From NCBI RefSeq assembly GCF_036321535.1, contig NC_087437.1:21144001-21208000 (forward strand): 64,000 bases of DNA. Direction: 5' to 3'. The notes under the pieces were generated by a model. That model did no database searches. It had not been told where the DNA came from and saw nothing but the letters and a program-made list of their open reading frames with translations. This DNA is from Camelus dromedarius (lineage: Eukaryota). Below are positions 26,859-40,618 of the stretch, piece by piece. A program made the position numbers and the translations under genes. Numbering within the stretch: position 1 is the stretch's first letter; each line of letters begins with the position of its first letter.

Positions 26859-26883
26859 GGGAGAGCACGTTCGGTGCTCAGCC

Positions 26884-27495
26884 ATGGTCGACATGGGGGG
26901 CCTGGACAACCTGATCGCCAACACGGCCTACCTGCAGGCCCGGAAGACCTCAGACGCCGACAGCAAGGAGCTGCAGCGCCGGCGCCGGAGCCTGATGCTG
27001 CCCGGGCCGCAGAGCTGCGAGCAGCTCCGCCAGGCGCTGCCCGCCGACTTCCACAGCCTGTGCGAACAGCAGCCCATCGGCCGCCGCCTCTTCCGGGACT
27101 TCCTCGCCACGGTGCCCGCGTACCAGGAGGCCATGGGCTTCCTGGAGGAGGTGCAGAGCTGGGAGCTGGCCGAGGAGGGCCCCGCCAAGGGCAGCATGCT
27201 GCAGGGGCTGGTGGCCACTTGCGCGGCTCCCCCAGCCCCCGAGCAGCCACACCCCTTCCTCAGCCCTGCTCTGGTCACCAAGTGCAAAGCAGCCGCCACC
27301 GAGGAAGAGAGGGCCTCCCTGGTGGAGCTGGCCAAGGCCGAGGCCATGGCCTTTTTGCAGGACCAGCCCTTCCGAGAGTTCCTGGCCAGCCCCCTCTATG
27401 ACAAGTTTCTGCAGTGGAAAGTCTTTGAGATGCAACCGGTGTCAGAAAAGTACTTCGAAGAGTTCCGTGTTCTGGGCAAAGGTGGTTTTGGGGAG
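26884..27495 (+). CDS. GRK7: G protein-coupled receptor kinase 7 (cone opsin kinase), coding exon 1
   Basis: gccATGG; encodes MVDMGGLDNLIANTAYLQARK, the RGS-homology domain (EQQPIGRRLFRDFL, DKFLQWK) and the P-loop LGKGGFGE; donor GAG|gtaagt; PKA-type sites S23 and S36 present. Confidence 0.97.
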
Positions 27496-27559
27496 GTAAG
27501 TGTCTCAGAATAGCCAGGCTGGAAGATAAAATATACAGCATAATAGAGTTCTGTTTTGC

Positions 27560-27560
27560 C

Positions 27561-27652
<92 letters not shown>

Positions 27653-27697
27653 TTCTTTCTTTTCTTTCTTTTCTTTCTTTTTCTTTCCTTTCTTTTC
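27560..27697 (+). repeat. (TTTC)n microsatellite in GRK7 intron 1
   Basis: More than 20 perfect TTTC units followed by degenerate units. Confidence 0.97.
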
Positions 27698-28049
27698 AAA
27701 GGAACTTACTTTGAAATTAAAGAACTAATTTCAGTGCCACATGTGGAGAAAGCTTTCCTAGCTTGCTCTCACCTCTTCTTTCTGGTCACCATGTGATATA
27801 AAACTCTAATGTCATAAGAAAAGCCAACAAAAGGTGGAACTGGCCGAGAGTCTTGATGGTGGGGTCTACACCGGGCAGGAACACACTGAGATGCCCCTTT
27901 GGAGAATGGTAGGAACATGCGATGGGAGATCTCCCTTTTCCCTTCATTGGGGCAGTGGAGCTAATTTGAGAAAATCTTCAGTTAAGAAAACACCTTGAGG
28001 TAAAGCCTAGAATCTGTTTTTGCACCACGGCTGTGCTCAATTCTTTCTT

Positions 28050-28830
28050 TTTTAAAGTAGAAAAAAAATTCTTTGCGTTAAAATTCACATAACATAAAAT
28101 TAACTGTTAATCACTGTAAAGTGTACAACTTAATAGCATTTAGTGCAATACAGGGTTGTGCAACCATCACCTCTATCTAGTTAGAAGATATTTTCATTAA
28201 CCCTGAACTCATTAACAGTTACTCCTCATTCCCCCCTGCTCCCATCCCCTAGCAACCACTGGGCTGCTTTCTGTCCCTGTGGATTTGCCTATTTTGATTT
28301 TTCACATAAATGGAGTGACCTACAATATGTGACCTTTTGTGTCTGGCTTCTTTCCCTGAGCATAATGTTTTGAAGTTTCATTCATGTTGTAGCACGTATC
28401 AGTATTTCATTCCTTTTTAGGGCTAAATAACATTCCATTGTATGTTATATGCAGGTCACATGTATATATATATATATATTGTATGTGTGCATACATTTCA
28501 TTTATCTGTTATCTATTGATGGATAGTTGGGTTGTTTCTACCTTTTGGCTATTGTGAATAGTGCTGCTGTGAACATTTATGTGTAAGTATTTGTTTGAAT
28601 ACCTGTCTTCATTTCTCTTTTGTATATGCCTAGGAGTAGAATTGCTGGATCTTAAGGCAATTGTATGTTTAACTTTTTAAGGAATCACCAAACTCTTCCA
28701 TGTTTTACCACCAGCAATGCATGAGGGTCTCAATTTCTCCACATCCTTGCCAGCACTAGTATTTTTCATTCTTTTTTTTGTATTATGGCCCACCTAGTGG
28801 GGGGACGAAGTGATATCTCATTGTGGTCCC
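28050..28830 (-). mobile_element. Old L1M 3' end
   Basis: GTTGTGCAACCATCACC, TTTTGTGTCTGGCTTCTTT, CCTAGGAGTAGAATTGCTGG. Confidence 0.85.
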
Positions 28831-28903
28831 AGCTCTTTCTCAAAGAAGCTTTCTTACTCACAGCATCTCTTTTCTCAGAAGCCTGCCGTCCCACCTTGGT
28901 TGA

Positions 28904-29521
<618 letters not shown>

Positions 29522-30319
29522 TAATGCTTCTAATTTCCTTGTGCCTAAAGCCCTTATGCTGTCATCTTGCTTTAAGTAGAGTGGTATAAGAGGATTAGCT
29601 TAACTGGTTCTTTGGGGGCTACTTTGTTCTTCTCTCATCGGAAGCATATGGGAACCTACTTTGTGAGTTAGAGATGGTCTGTGCCTTCACAGTGAATTCA
29701 CAGCTGGGACCTAGGTAGGTCCTGCCAATAACCAACTCTCTGGTGCCATGTTCCTGAGTCCATAGAGCCTTGGTTTCCGCTTCTGGAAAATTATAGGGGC
29801 TGGACCCTAAAATTCCAAGATTCTAGGAGGTAAAAATTCATAGGATAAGAAAAAGAAGAATCCCCCAGCACTTAGCACATTATAGCAAATATCTCCTTCC
29901 CTGTTGAGCATGGAATGGGGGAATGTTTTACTCTGGACAGAGGTGAAATTTTAAATGAAAAAATACATACAAGAGAACAAAGGCAACTGATGTTTATTTT
30001 GATCAATTTGGTTCAAAGTGACTTGCAGAGAATTCTTTGATTAAAAGAGAATTATAATTAAGCAATCATGTTAAGTGAATAATACACAATCTCTCGAATT
30101 CTGACATGTCTTTACCACTCAGTTTCTGGGCACAAAGGTGGGAGAATTCCCAGGAAGGCAAGGGCTCAAGTCAGGGTCCTAAATTTTCTCTTAAAACTTT
30201 GTTTTTGCACAGTTTCCAGCTTATAAGGCAGAGAGGACAATCAGACAAGGAAGCGGGGGAAATCAGGGCAAGTCTGGGAAACTGAAGATGATTTTATGTG
30301 GCTATAAAGTAAGGGGTGT

Positions 30320-30930
30320 TTTGACAAGATCGTAGGGCTCAGATCATGCAAAGGCATTGGAATTCTCTCTTGTGAGGGACAAGGAGCTGTTGAAGGGTTT
30401 TAAGAAAGGGAATGACATGATTAGATTTGCATTTTTGAATCAATTTGGGTTGTAGATGGGAGGCTGAGGCGCTAGTTAGGAGGCTTAGGTAGTGGCCCAG
30501 GAAGAGATGATGGGGCCTGTATAAGACAGTAGGCTTGAAAAAGTGGGAGTAAATTCGAGCAGTTGGAAAGAGACCTGATGGGACTTCAGGGCCAGCTTGG
30601 TATGAGGGTGAGGGACGGGGAGGCTCTCTAGCTCCAGTGACTAGAAGGAGGAGCAGAATTTTGGGAAGGCTGGCAAGTTTAATTGTGACTGTATTGTATT
30701 GAGGTTCCTGTGTGACAGGCAGGTGGACATTTAGATCTAAAGTCTGGTGCTGTGGAGAAAGGCCTAGGCTAGACATCGTGATTGGGAGTCATTGTGGCTT
30801 GAGAAACAGTGGACACCACTGGGTCATTTGGGAAACAGTGGAGGAAGAGGACCAGGGACATCAACATGTAGGGGGTATGGAAGAAGAGGGCCCTTGAAGA
30901 CGTTAAAGAAGTAGGGCGAGAGTAGCATAG
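30320..30930 (-). mobile_element. L2 fragment
   Basis: TTGAAGGGTTTTAAG, GACATGATTAGATTTGCATTTT, GGAGAAAGGCCTAGGCTAGA. Confidence 0.6.
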
Positions 30931-31565
30931 TCATGGGAGCTGTATCAGTTCAGGGTTGATATCAGCAGCATATCATAGAAAACCAAAATAACACTAGATT
31001 GAACAAGAGAGGGAGTTATTTTTCTTATGTAACAAACAGTGTGGAAATGAGCACAGCTGGCATTCATTCTGTAGCTACAGGATGATGGGATTGACATCTC
31101 TGTGATTTTGACCTTTCCTGTGTGTTGCAAGATGGCTGCTCTAGCCCCAGCCATCATGTCCATGTTCTAGGCAGGAGAAAGGAGGAAGGATCAGGAGTAA
31201 ATGGGTATGCACACAATGACTGAATATGTCTTCCTTTAAGGAGCTTCCCTAGAAAGCCCATCTGACAGCTCCCATTTAAATTTCATTGTCTAGAAATGTT
31301 ATCTGGCCATCCTATCTGCAGGGGAAGCTGATAAATGACTTAATTTTTTTTTTTTTTTTTTTTTTTGAGGAGAAAGGAGTTCTCATCAGTAAGGAAGGAG
31401 AAAGGCAGGATGTGGAGCAGTAACTGGCAGCCTCTGCCAGAGGAGCCAAAGGAGAAGAGGATATAAGGGAGGAGAGTGGTCAGCTCTGTCAAATGCAGCC
31501 AAGTGGTCATGTAGTTTGTGGGATTTGACAATTAGGAAACCACAGTGTCCTCAGGAAGAGAGCAC

Positions 31566-33250
31566 CTTTTTTTTTTTTTTTTCCTTTATTTAACTGAAGT
31601 TTAGTCAGTTTACAATGTTTCAATTTCTGGTATACAGCATAACGTTTCAGTCATACCTATGCATACATATATTCCTTTTCACATTCTTTTTTCATTATAG
31701 GTTACTACAAGGTATTGAATTAGTTCCCTGTGTATAGAGTAGAAACTTGTTTATCTATTTTATATATAGTAGTTGGTATCTGCAAATCTCAAATTCCCAA
31801 TTTATCCCTTTCCTCCCCCTTTCCCCCTGGTAACCGTAAGTTTGTTTTCAATGTCTGTGAGTCTGTTTCTGTTTTGTGAATAAGTTCATTTGTGTCTTTT
31901 TTTTTTTTTTTTTTTAAGATTTTACATGTAAGTGATATCTTACGGTATTCTTCTTTCTCTTTCTGGCTTACTTCACATAGAATGACAATCTCCAGGTCCA
32001 TCCATGTGGTTGTCAGTAACATTTTATTATTTTTTATGGCTGAGTGGTATTACATTGTGTAAATATACCACAACTTCTTTATCCAGTCTTCTGTTGGTGG
32101 ACGTTTAGGTTGTTTCCATGTCTTGGCTATTGCAGATAGTGCTACTACAGATATTGGGGTGCATGTATCTTTCTGAATTAAGGTTCCCTCTGGATATATG
32201 CCCAGGAGTGGGATTGCTGGATCATATGGTAAGTTTATTTTTAGTTCTTTAAGGAATCTCCATACTGTTTTCTATAATGGCTGCATTCCCACCAGGAGTG
32301 TAGGAGGGTCCCCTTTTCTCCACACCCTCTCCAGCATTTATCATTTGTAGACTTTTGAATGATGGCCATTCTGACTGATGTAAGGTGATACCTCATTGTA
32401 GTTTTGATTTGCATTTCTCTGATAATTAGCGATATTGACCATTTTTTCATGTGCCTATTGGCCATTTGTATGTCTTCATTGGAGAATTGCTTGTTTAGGT
32501 CTTCTACCCATTTTTGGATTGGATTTTTTTTTTGTTATTAAGTTGTATGAGTTGTTTGTATATTCTGGAAATTAAGCCCATGTCAGTCACATCATTTGCA
32601 AATACTTTCTCCCATTCCATAGGTTGTCTTATTTTGTTTGTAGTTTCCTTTGCTGTGCAAAAGCTTATAAGTTTAATCAGGTCCCATTTGTTTATTTTTG
32701 CTTTTATTTCTATTGCCTGGGTAGACTGCCCTAGGAGAACATTGCTGAGATGTACGTCAGAGAATGTTTTGCCTATGTTTTCTTCTAGGAGGTGTATTGT
32801 GTCTTGTCTTATGTCTAAGTCTTTAAGCCATTTTGAGTTTGATTTACATGTGGCTGTCCAGCTTTCCCAACACCACTTGCTGAAGAGTCTGTTTTTTCTC
32901 CATTGTATATTCTTGCCTCCTTTGTTGAAGATTAATTGATCATAGGTCTGTAGGTTTATTTCTGGGCTCTCTATTCTGTTCCATTGATCCATATGTCAGT
33001 TTTAGTACCAATACCATGCTGTTTTATTACTATAGCTCTATAGTATTGTCTGAAGTCTCGAAGGGTTATTCCTCCAGCTTCATTCTCTTCCCTCAGTATT
33101 GCAGATGGCAATTTTGGGTCTTTTGTGATTCCATATAAATTTTAGGGTTATTGGTTCTAGTTCTGTGAAAAATGTCCTGGATAATTTGATAGGGATCTCA
33201 TTAAATCTGTAGATTGCTTTGGGTAGTATGGCCATTTTAACAATATTAAT
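31566..33250 (-). mobile_element. 5'-truncated L1 with ORF2 C-terminal remnants
   Basis: Minus ORFs [12 protein letters not shown]...[10 protein letters not shown] and [14 protein letters not shown] are L1 ORF2; internal deletions present; poly-T at 31567. Confidence 0.95.
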
Positions 33251-34133
33251 TAGGAAGAGTAATTTTCAAGGTCAAAACTCAGACAGTGGAAGTTTGATTG
33301 GCTTGAAAAAGAAAGTGAGACTAAGGAAGGAGGGAGGTTCATTGCTAGAGGAGGACACAGGGAGGAGAATGGAGTTTTAAGGTGGGGAGAGTGGAGATTT
33401 GGATGCTGAGACAAGATTCAGGAGAGAAAGTGCTGGTTCTGTAGGAAGGAAAGAGGCTGAATGATGGTGGAGAAATGGAAGTTTCACTATCTCCTAAGTG
33501 GGGCGTGGGGGGAGGGCAGAGCAGAGATGGGGAGATAGGGAGGAGGCAGAGTGTTTGCCTCCTTGGGACTTTACTATAAAAACAGAAATGTCATGAATCT
33601 GTATCTGTCTCTGCATGAAAAAATCGAAGTGTATTACTTCAGGGTTTTGAATTTGTATTGTCAGTTATGCAGAGGGGAAATGTTCCTTCTAAGTGTCCCA
33701 TAAGTGTGTATCATGCTAATTGGTGATGCATCTCTGCCTTGCTGGAGGTTAAGGAGACACATAGCTCTCTCTCTTGTAAATCCCTTCTCAGTCTTCCTCT
33801 AGCTCTGTTCACGGGCCAAGAGAATTTTCCTGTACAGTTCCTTCAGTGTCTCCTGTGTCCAGCTCTCCAGCACTTGTGAAACCCGCAGGAAACTTTCTGT
33901 GCCTCCTCAGTATCGTCCACTATAACAAATGCAGTTGGTGGAGAAGTTTCCTGCCTAGAGATCTCTGGCCCTTTTGCCTTTCCTGAGTCCCTCTTTGTTC
34001 CATAAGACCAAACTCATTTGCTCTCTCCAAGAAGTTTTATACCCTAGTCCTCAGGCCTGCCTCTGAAGTCCAGATGATCATCAGGAAGGGTGGGGGGAAA
34101 GAGTCAGAGAGAAAGTTTAGAAGCCATAAAAAG

Positions 34134-34308
34134 GAGGGAGGGTAAGCTCAAGTGGTATTGTAAATTTTATATGCACTGGGAAATATGCTTAGTGTGTACA
34201 AGGTCCTAAGATCAATCCCCAGTACTCTCTCTAAAAACATAAATAAATAAATAAACCTAATTACCCCCCCAAAAAAGCAATAGAAATAAATAAATTTTAA
34301 AAAAAGAA
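34134..34308 (+). mobile_element. Vic-1-like SINE with a foreign 26-nt insert
   Basis: TSD AGAA(G/A)CCATAAAAAG (34119-34133 and 34309-34323); body interrupted at 34158-34183. Confidence 0.85.
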
Positions 34309-35138
34309 AGAAACCATAAAAAGAAAGACAGAGAAAAGGAAAGCCTCTCTCCTTCACTGTTTACCCCTCTATACAGTTAAGCAGAGCCCCTCAGTTTCCT
34401 ATTTTCTGCAGCTCTGGCACATATAACTGGGCCCCCAAGTGGATTTTGAAGTTATTATACTCACAACATTTCATAGAAGAAATGAAAAGGAACACATTTA
34501 CAGAGCTTCTGTAACCACTAACATTGTTTTGATGTCAAGAGATTGTGAAAAGAATTACCATGAACATTATGAAGAAAGTGCAAAGGGAAAATCACTCTGA
34601 CTATGAAGGCTGATACCTGCATGGATTCTGTGCAGAGCTTCCAGGAAAGTCAAGGCATCATGGCTTTGGAGACGTGGCTAGATGCTTCTCATTCAGCTAC
34701 TCATTCAACTTTGTGTCAGCTAGGATTGCTTTCTGCTACATAGAAAAGAATACCAGGCTGTCAACAATTTCAGAACCAAGGTCTCTGTGAAAATCTTCTG
34801 GCCTTTTCCTCCTTGTTGCAAGATGGCTCTTGCAACTCCAGACATCAAGTCCACATTCCAGGATGGAAGAAAGAGGTAGAAAGGAACAATATTAACAGAC
34901 TCTGCTTATATCTCATTGGCCAGGACCATGCCACCTCTAGCTGCAAGGGAGCCTGAAAAATAGTTTTCCAGCCTCTATTGTAGGGAATGATAAGGGAGGA
35001 GTAAGATTAGGTGTTGGGTGAGCTGATGGCATCTGTCACATTTGCCCCCAGGAAAAAAATATTGACAAGGATGAGGAAATCTGATTCAACTTCTTAACTC
35101 ACATAGGCATTAAAGCTAGACAATAATTGTTACAGTGA

Positions 35139-35735
35139 TGTGGTAGGCAGATTTCTAAGATGACTTCCAATGACCCTTGTAGAGTTTCCTCCCCTTGAGT
35201 GTGAATATGATGAGATGTCACTCCCAAGGTTATATTTTAAAGATACAATTAAGATGACCAAGCAATTGATTTTCAGTTGATCAAAAGAGAAAGTATCCAG
35301 GTGGGCCTTACCCAGTCACATGAGTCCTTTAAATATGGGTATAGGGGTCAGAGGCAGCAGAACTCAGAAATTTAAAGCATGAGAGGGCTTCAACACACCA
35401 CTGGTGGCTCTGAAGATGGAGTGACCCATGTGGCAAGGAACGTAGGTGGTCTTCAGAGCTGAGAGCTGCCTCTGGCTGACAGCCAGAAAGCGACTTCTGT
35501 CCTACAACCACAATGAACTGAATTCTGCCATAACCATGTGAACCTGGAAGAGGATCCTGAGCTCCGGAAGAGAGTGCAGCCCAGCAAATGTGTTGACTTT
35601 GGCTTTGTGAGATCCTGACCAGAGAACCCCTCCATGCTGTGCTCAAACCTACAGGACTGTGAGCTAGTAAATGGGTGCTGTTGTAAGCTACTGAGTTTGT
35701 GGTAATCTGTTACACAGCAATAGAAAACTCATACA
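35139..35735 (+). mobile_element. MLT1E-like MaLR solo LTR
   Basis: TGTGGTAGGCAGA...GTTACACAGCAATAGAAAACTCATACA. Confidence 0.88.
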
Positions 35736-35877
35736 AGTCGTTAGTACAGAAGGTAGGTAGTGGAAAGATTTTTTGTATTATAGCATCAAAATTAATGGAG
35801 ATGATAGCAAAGTACTGGACACTGTTAGGGACGATGCTTTCCTTTCCAACGAAGATCAGAACACCTACAACCTATTA

Positions 35878-36197
35878 CAGACACACTTCAGAGATACTGT
35901 GGGTTTGGTTCCAGACCACCACAGTAAAGCCAATACTGCAGTAAAGTGAGTCATACAAATTGTTTGGTTTCCCAGTGCATATAAAACTTATGCTTACTCT
36001 GTACTATAGTCTACTCAGTATGCAATAGAATTATGTCTGAAAAACTATGTACACACCTCAACTTAAAAATAATGCTGTTGGGGAAAATGATGCAACAGAC
36101 TTGTTCAATGCAGGGTTGCCACAAACCTTCAGTTTGTGGAAAACGCAGTATCTGGGAAGTGCAATAAAGCAAAGCACAATGAAACGAGACACACCTC
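35878..36197 (-). mobile_element. Tigger1 internal-deletion derivative
   Basis: TA flanks; both Tigger1 ends present (GGTTCCAGACCACC...TTTCCCAGTGCATATAAAA and AATGCAGGGTTGCCACAAACCTTCA). Confidence 0.85.
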
Positions 36198-38507
36198 TAT
36201 AACAGAACTCAAAGCTGTTAATTGAATTTAAAGCTGCGGATGTGATTCTCACAGTGGGTAACCCCTCCCTAGGTATATGAGCTGGGCCTCCCTGGAGGGA
36301 CACAGGCCCTGACAGCCTATTGCAGGGACACCAGGCGAAGTACTTTGGACATTGCTCTATAGGCAGTAGGGAGCCACTGAAGGTTTTTCAACAGGAAAAT
36401 AGCATGACCAGAGTAATTCCTTAAGGAGGTGACGCTGACACTATATATGATGAATTGAAGGAGAAAGGGATGGGGATTGAGGAGAAACGGGGTGGGGCTG
36501 TAAGGTGCTGCTGTAAGAATCCACATATGCAGTAATGAGGGTTGAATTAGGGCTCTGGGCTCTGGACAGTCTTATACCCAGAGCTCAGCCCCCTGGCCTC
36601 ATCTAGGCTCCATCAAGACCCACATCGGTACCTACTTCTCTTAAAACACGGCTGTCCTTGGGGAAGGGGCGGGTTGTGGGGGGGCTGGAGCCACTTCTAA
36701 AAACTGGTGCTTTCTACCCCGTGGGGCCCCCTGGCTGCTGGTAGCTGGGCAATGACTTAGGGAGGAGAGGCGGGGGTAACTCTGCCCAGGTCTGAGAAGG
36801 ACTGAGGCAGACACATGAAGAGAGGCAGGGATGCTTAAAAGCACTGGCCCGGGAGGCAGAAAACCTGGGGTCCTTTCCCAGACTCATCACTGACTCACTG
36901 TGTCTGCCATCTCAGGCAGGCCCCGGGATGGCTCTAATCTCTGAGATTTTATGAGTCTCTAAGATAGTCTTTGAATTATTTGTAGGAAAAGACTTGTAAA
37001 CTCAAAAGATTAACATATGGAACAAGTTTTACTATGATTTACTGGGCTATCAGTCAGGGTTCTTATGGGACAAAATGGAGTTACTTAAGGAAATGAAATT
37101 GACGGTTTACGTAACTACATAGCCCACAGTGTCCCTGGAAGCTGTCCCTCTGTGTCCCAGCCCTGCTGTCCTCAGTGTTGACCTCACTCTCACTCTCAGG
37201 GGCTCCTGCGTGGAGGCCACTGGCAGCTCCATGCATGTCCTACCCATTGAGTAATCCCGTGGAAAGAGAACAGTTCTTGACAGAGAGTTCCCTCAGATTC
37301 CCAGGGGAGACTCTCAGTAACAGCTCAAGTCACGTGCCCAACCATTGCCAATTCCACTGGCCAGGATGAGATCACTGCTGTCCTCAGGAGCCAGGGAGAT
37401 GATCTGCCCTACATATATATCACAGATTGAGGGCAGAGGAGAGTGTTTTCCAAAGGAAAATCGGGATGGGAGAGAATGAGAAATGGATGTTAAATAGGGA
37501 AAAACACTGGACACACTTAATGACTGCTGTTGTCTCAATGGTTTGAAAATTTTGGAAGTTTCCGACCTTTATTTTTCTTTCTTTCTGACCTTTTAATCAA
37601 GGGATGATGATATCCTTTACAAAAAGATTCTACAAGGTAGGGACTATGATTCGCTCCATTTTACAGATGGAGAAATTGAAATTCCAAGAGGTTAAGTTAC
37701 CTACCCAAAGTCACAGCGCTCGTATGTGAGATGAATCCAGGTATGTCAGGTTCAAGAGCATGTGTGGTTTTGACTCCACCTTGTTAAGTTCACACACGGG
37801 GCAGAATGTGGCGTCTGGTTTTTAATGCCATGAAAGGCCCTCTACTGAGTAAAACTCAGAGCAAGGGCATGTGATAACATAGCATATCTTCCTCAGTCTG
37901 GTCTTACGTGGACACCAGCCTTCAGCCTAGCTGAACGTCTGTCGGAGTTAAGGCTTCAGAAAGGAGTGCCCCCAGCTTCTCAGGGAGTGATGTGACTAAC
38001 GTCCCAGAGCCAGCCTCCCACACACAGGCACAGTATGCCTAAACGTGCTCCCAGCCACTGTCGACATCCACCTTTAATAAATGTGATAAGCATTTCTTCC
38101 TGTTCTCAGCTGACATCCACATGCACACAATAAATGAACTCATAGCATTTTTAGAGATGCCAGGAAATATAGATATATATTCCAATATAATAGGAAAATC
38201 GAGCAGTGGGACTCGTGCTGGGACTTTTCAAATACCACAGTCTATTTGGAGCTCAGTGACCTTGAGATTTTATGGAATATGAGTCAGTCCTTAAAACTTG
38301 CTATATTGTCAGGAATTGGGATGAAGTTACAGCAGTGACCCAAAACCTTGTCATGTATCTGCTTACCTTGTCCTGCCTCTGACCAACTCCTCACATTCAG
38401 AGGGATAATGGGTGACAAAGTCCGGGCATTATTTTTATTTGGAAGCTTCTGTTGTATCAAACACCATGCTAGGGACACTGAATAAGTGATTTTTAAAAGA
38501 TCTCTGA

Positions 38508-38640
38508 GGCAGAGGAGGGTGCAGCTCAGTGGTAGAGCGCATGCTCAGCGTGTACAAGGTCCTGGGTTCAATCCCCCTTACCGCTATTAAAACAAACAAA
38601 CAAACAGACTTAACTACCTACCCCCCAAAAAGCAACAACA
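38508..38640 (+). mobile_element. Vic-1-like SINE
   Basis: A/B boxes; perfect 13-nt TSD AAAAGATCTCTGA. Confidence 0.9.
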
Positions 38641-38999
38641 AAAAGATCTCTGAATGTGTTTCATCAGAAGTTAACACCTACATACATCACAACCATCATG
38701 ACCCTGCTCCCAAAATTTTTCTCTTCGAGAATTTACTTCTGACAAACTACACAGGACAGGCATTCTGGTTACTTCATGGTCACATGATGGTCTCCCTCAA
38801 AATCATAACCATCATCATTAACTAAATTTAGTTCCTAGTAACTTTTGACCACTGCAAAAGTTTCAAATCCATTCTTAAAGTGTTTACCATTATTAAGGGT
38901 GTTCAAAAATGTTCATTACAGTGTTAGGATTATTTTTATCATTCCTCATTAAAAAGGCATTCATTAATTCATTCACTCACTCATTCAACATATATTAGA

Positions 39000-39372
39000 G
39001 AAAGACAAATATCATATGATATCACTTATATGTGGAATCTAAAAAATGGCACAAATGAACTTATTTACAAAACAGAAACAGACTCACAGACATAGAAAAC
39101 AAACTTACAGTTACCAGGGAGGAAGTAGGGGAGGGATAAATTAGGAGTCTGGGATTAAAGATACACAGTACTATATATAAAATAGATAAACAACAAGATC
39201 CTACTGTATAGCACAGGGGACTATATTCAGTACCTTGTAACAACCTATAATGGAAAAGAATACAAGAAAGTATATATATGTGTGTGTGTATCTATATATA
39301 TAAATATAACTGAACCACTACACTGTATACCAGAAACTAACACATTGTAAATCAACTATATTTCTATAAAAA
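39000..39372 (+). mobile_element. L1 3' end inserted in an L2 tail
   Basis: ATCACTTATATGTGGAATCT...GTAAATCAACTATA; L2-type (CATT)n upstream. Confidence 0.85.
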
Positions 39373-39704
39373 AATTTTTATATTTATATATATATATAAA
39401 TTGAGCATTTCCCACATGCCAGGACTGTGCTAAAGAAGAGTCACAGAATGATAAGCAAAAACAGATATGATGATTTCCTGCTCTCCTAAAGATTACAGTC
39501 TCGTGGGGGAGACAGAACTTAATAATCACCCAAATGAACATAAAATGTCAATCATGATAAATGCTGTGGAGATGTGGTACAGGGGGCTCTCCAGGGAGGA
39601 TTGATCTTAACACGTGAGGATCAGAGAGTCAAGCCCAGGGGAAATACAACTTACGAATATCAGAAAGACAGAGAGGAATTCACTCAGTAAAGCAGCTGGG
39701 GTGG

Positions 39705-40083
39705 TGTCTTGATTGGGTTCCCTGGAAACTGACTGAGACAGAGCTACATGTGGAAGATTTATTAGGTCTCATTCTCTTAAGATACATGCTTGAGGAAGGC
39801 AGGATTGGGCAGAGGGAGAAGCCAACCCACAGTGAGCGGGACCTAAGATACCAGTCAATCCTTCAGCAAGCTCTAGAGTTGGGATGGCCCTTCCAAGTTG
39901 TCCCAAATTGAGGAGGGGTCCAGGCTTTTGTGTCTCGCCAAGGTCAGTCAGTGACCTTGGTCAGCTGCCAGAAGGGGGCGTAAGCTTGAGTGAAGCTGTT
40001 CCCTGATGCAGAGGGCAATTCTGGAGGGTGAGTGGCGGTGGGCAGGGGGAGGCTCTGAGCCATCAGCAGTCCATGGTCCCAGC
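39705..40083 (-). mobile_element. LTR16-like ERVL LTR
   Basis: GCAGGATTGGGCAGAGGGAGAAG and GGGATGGCCCTTC...GTTGTCCCAAATTGAGG motifs. Confidence 0.65.
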
Positions 40084-40618
40084 CAGGGCTGGCTACGTAA
40101 TTTTCAGGGCTCATAGCAAAATGAAAATGCAGGGCCTCTTCTTCAAATATCAAGGAAAAGCCTTCTCCTTTCTTCCATGCTCAGTCTTTCAACAAGTCAA
40201 GGCATTTTTGTTATTTGCTGCTTAATGTTGCACTCCCTCAGGCTCTGAGATGTGCAAGGACTAAGTGGAGACACTCACAGACACCCAGGGCCCTGCTCTA
40301 CAACTAGACCTGAAGAGGCACGTGTCTGCCCCTAGCCCTGCCTGCCCCAAGTCCAGGGTAGCCAACAGTCGCTGAGCAGATTCAGGGGAGCAGACAGCCA
40401 AGACCCCGTCACTGGGAGGCAGGAAAGTTCAGGAGACAGCACTGCATGTGTGAGTTGAGACTCCAAGATCCAGATTCTTGCTCCGTGGTCTCATTGGACT
40501 TAACTTACAAGATACAAATTCAAAAACTTGTCGAGATAGCCTCCCACAGCATTCACCCCCAGCACCGGGCTGCTCCTGAGCACAGGGCCCAGTTCGACTG
40601 CACTGGAGGCTGGCCCTG
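40084..40618 (-). mobile_element. MER45-family hAT-Tip100 element
   Basis: TIRs CAGGGCTGGC...GCTGGCCCTG, GCAAAATGAAAATGC; 8-nt TSD GTCCCAGC/GTCTCAGC. Confidence 0.85.

Noticed and set aside
26684..27435. Overlapping antisense and alternative-frame ORFs on GRK7 exon 1 (likewise 28766-29461 on exon 2)
   Set aside because: Expected shadows of GC-rich coding sequence; no recognisable domains
27505..27699. Lys/Arg/Glu-rich ORFs (also 60590-61181)
   Set aside because: Translations of TTTC and TTCC microsatellites
32241..32992. ORFs with reverse-transcriptase-associated similarity as an active or domesticated gene
   Set aside because: Frameshifted, internally deleted, 5'-truncated L1 ORF2
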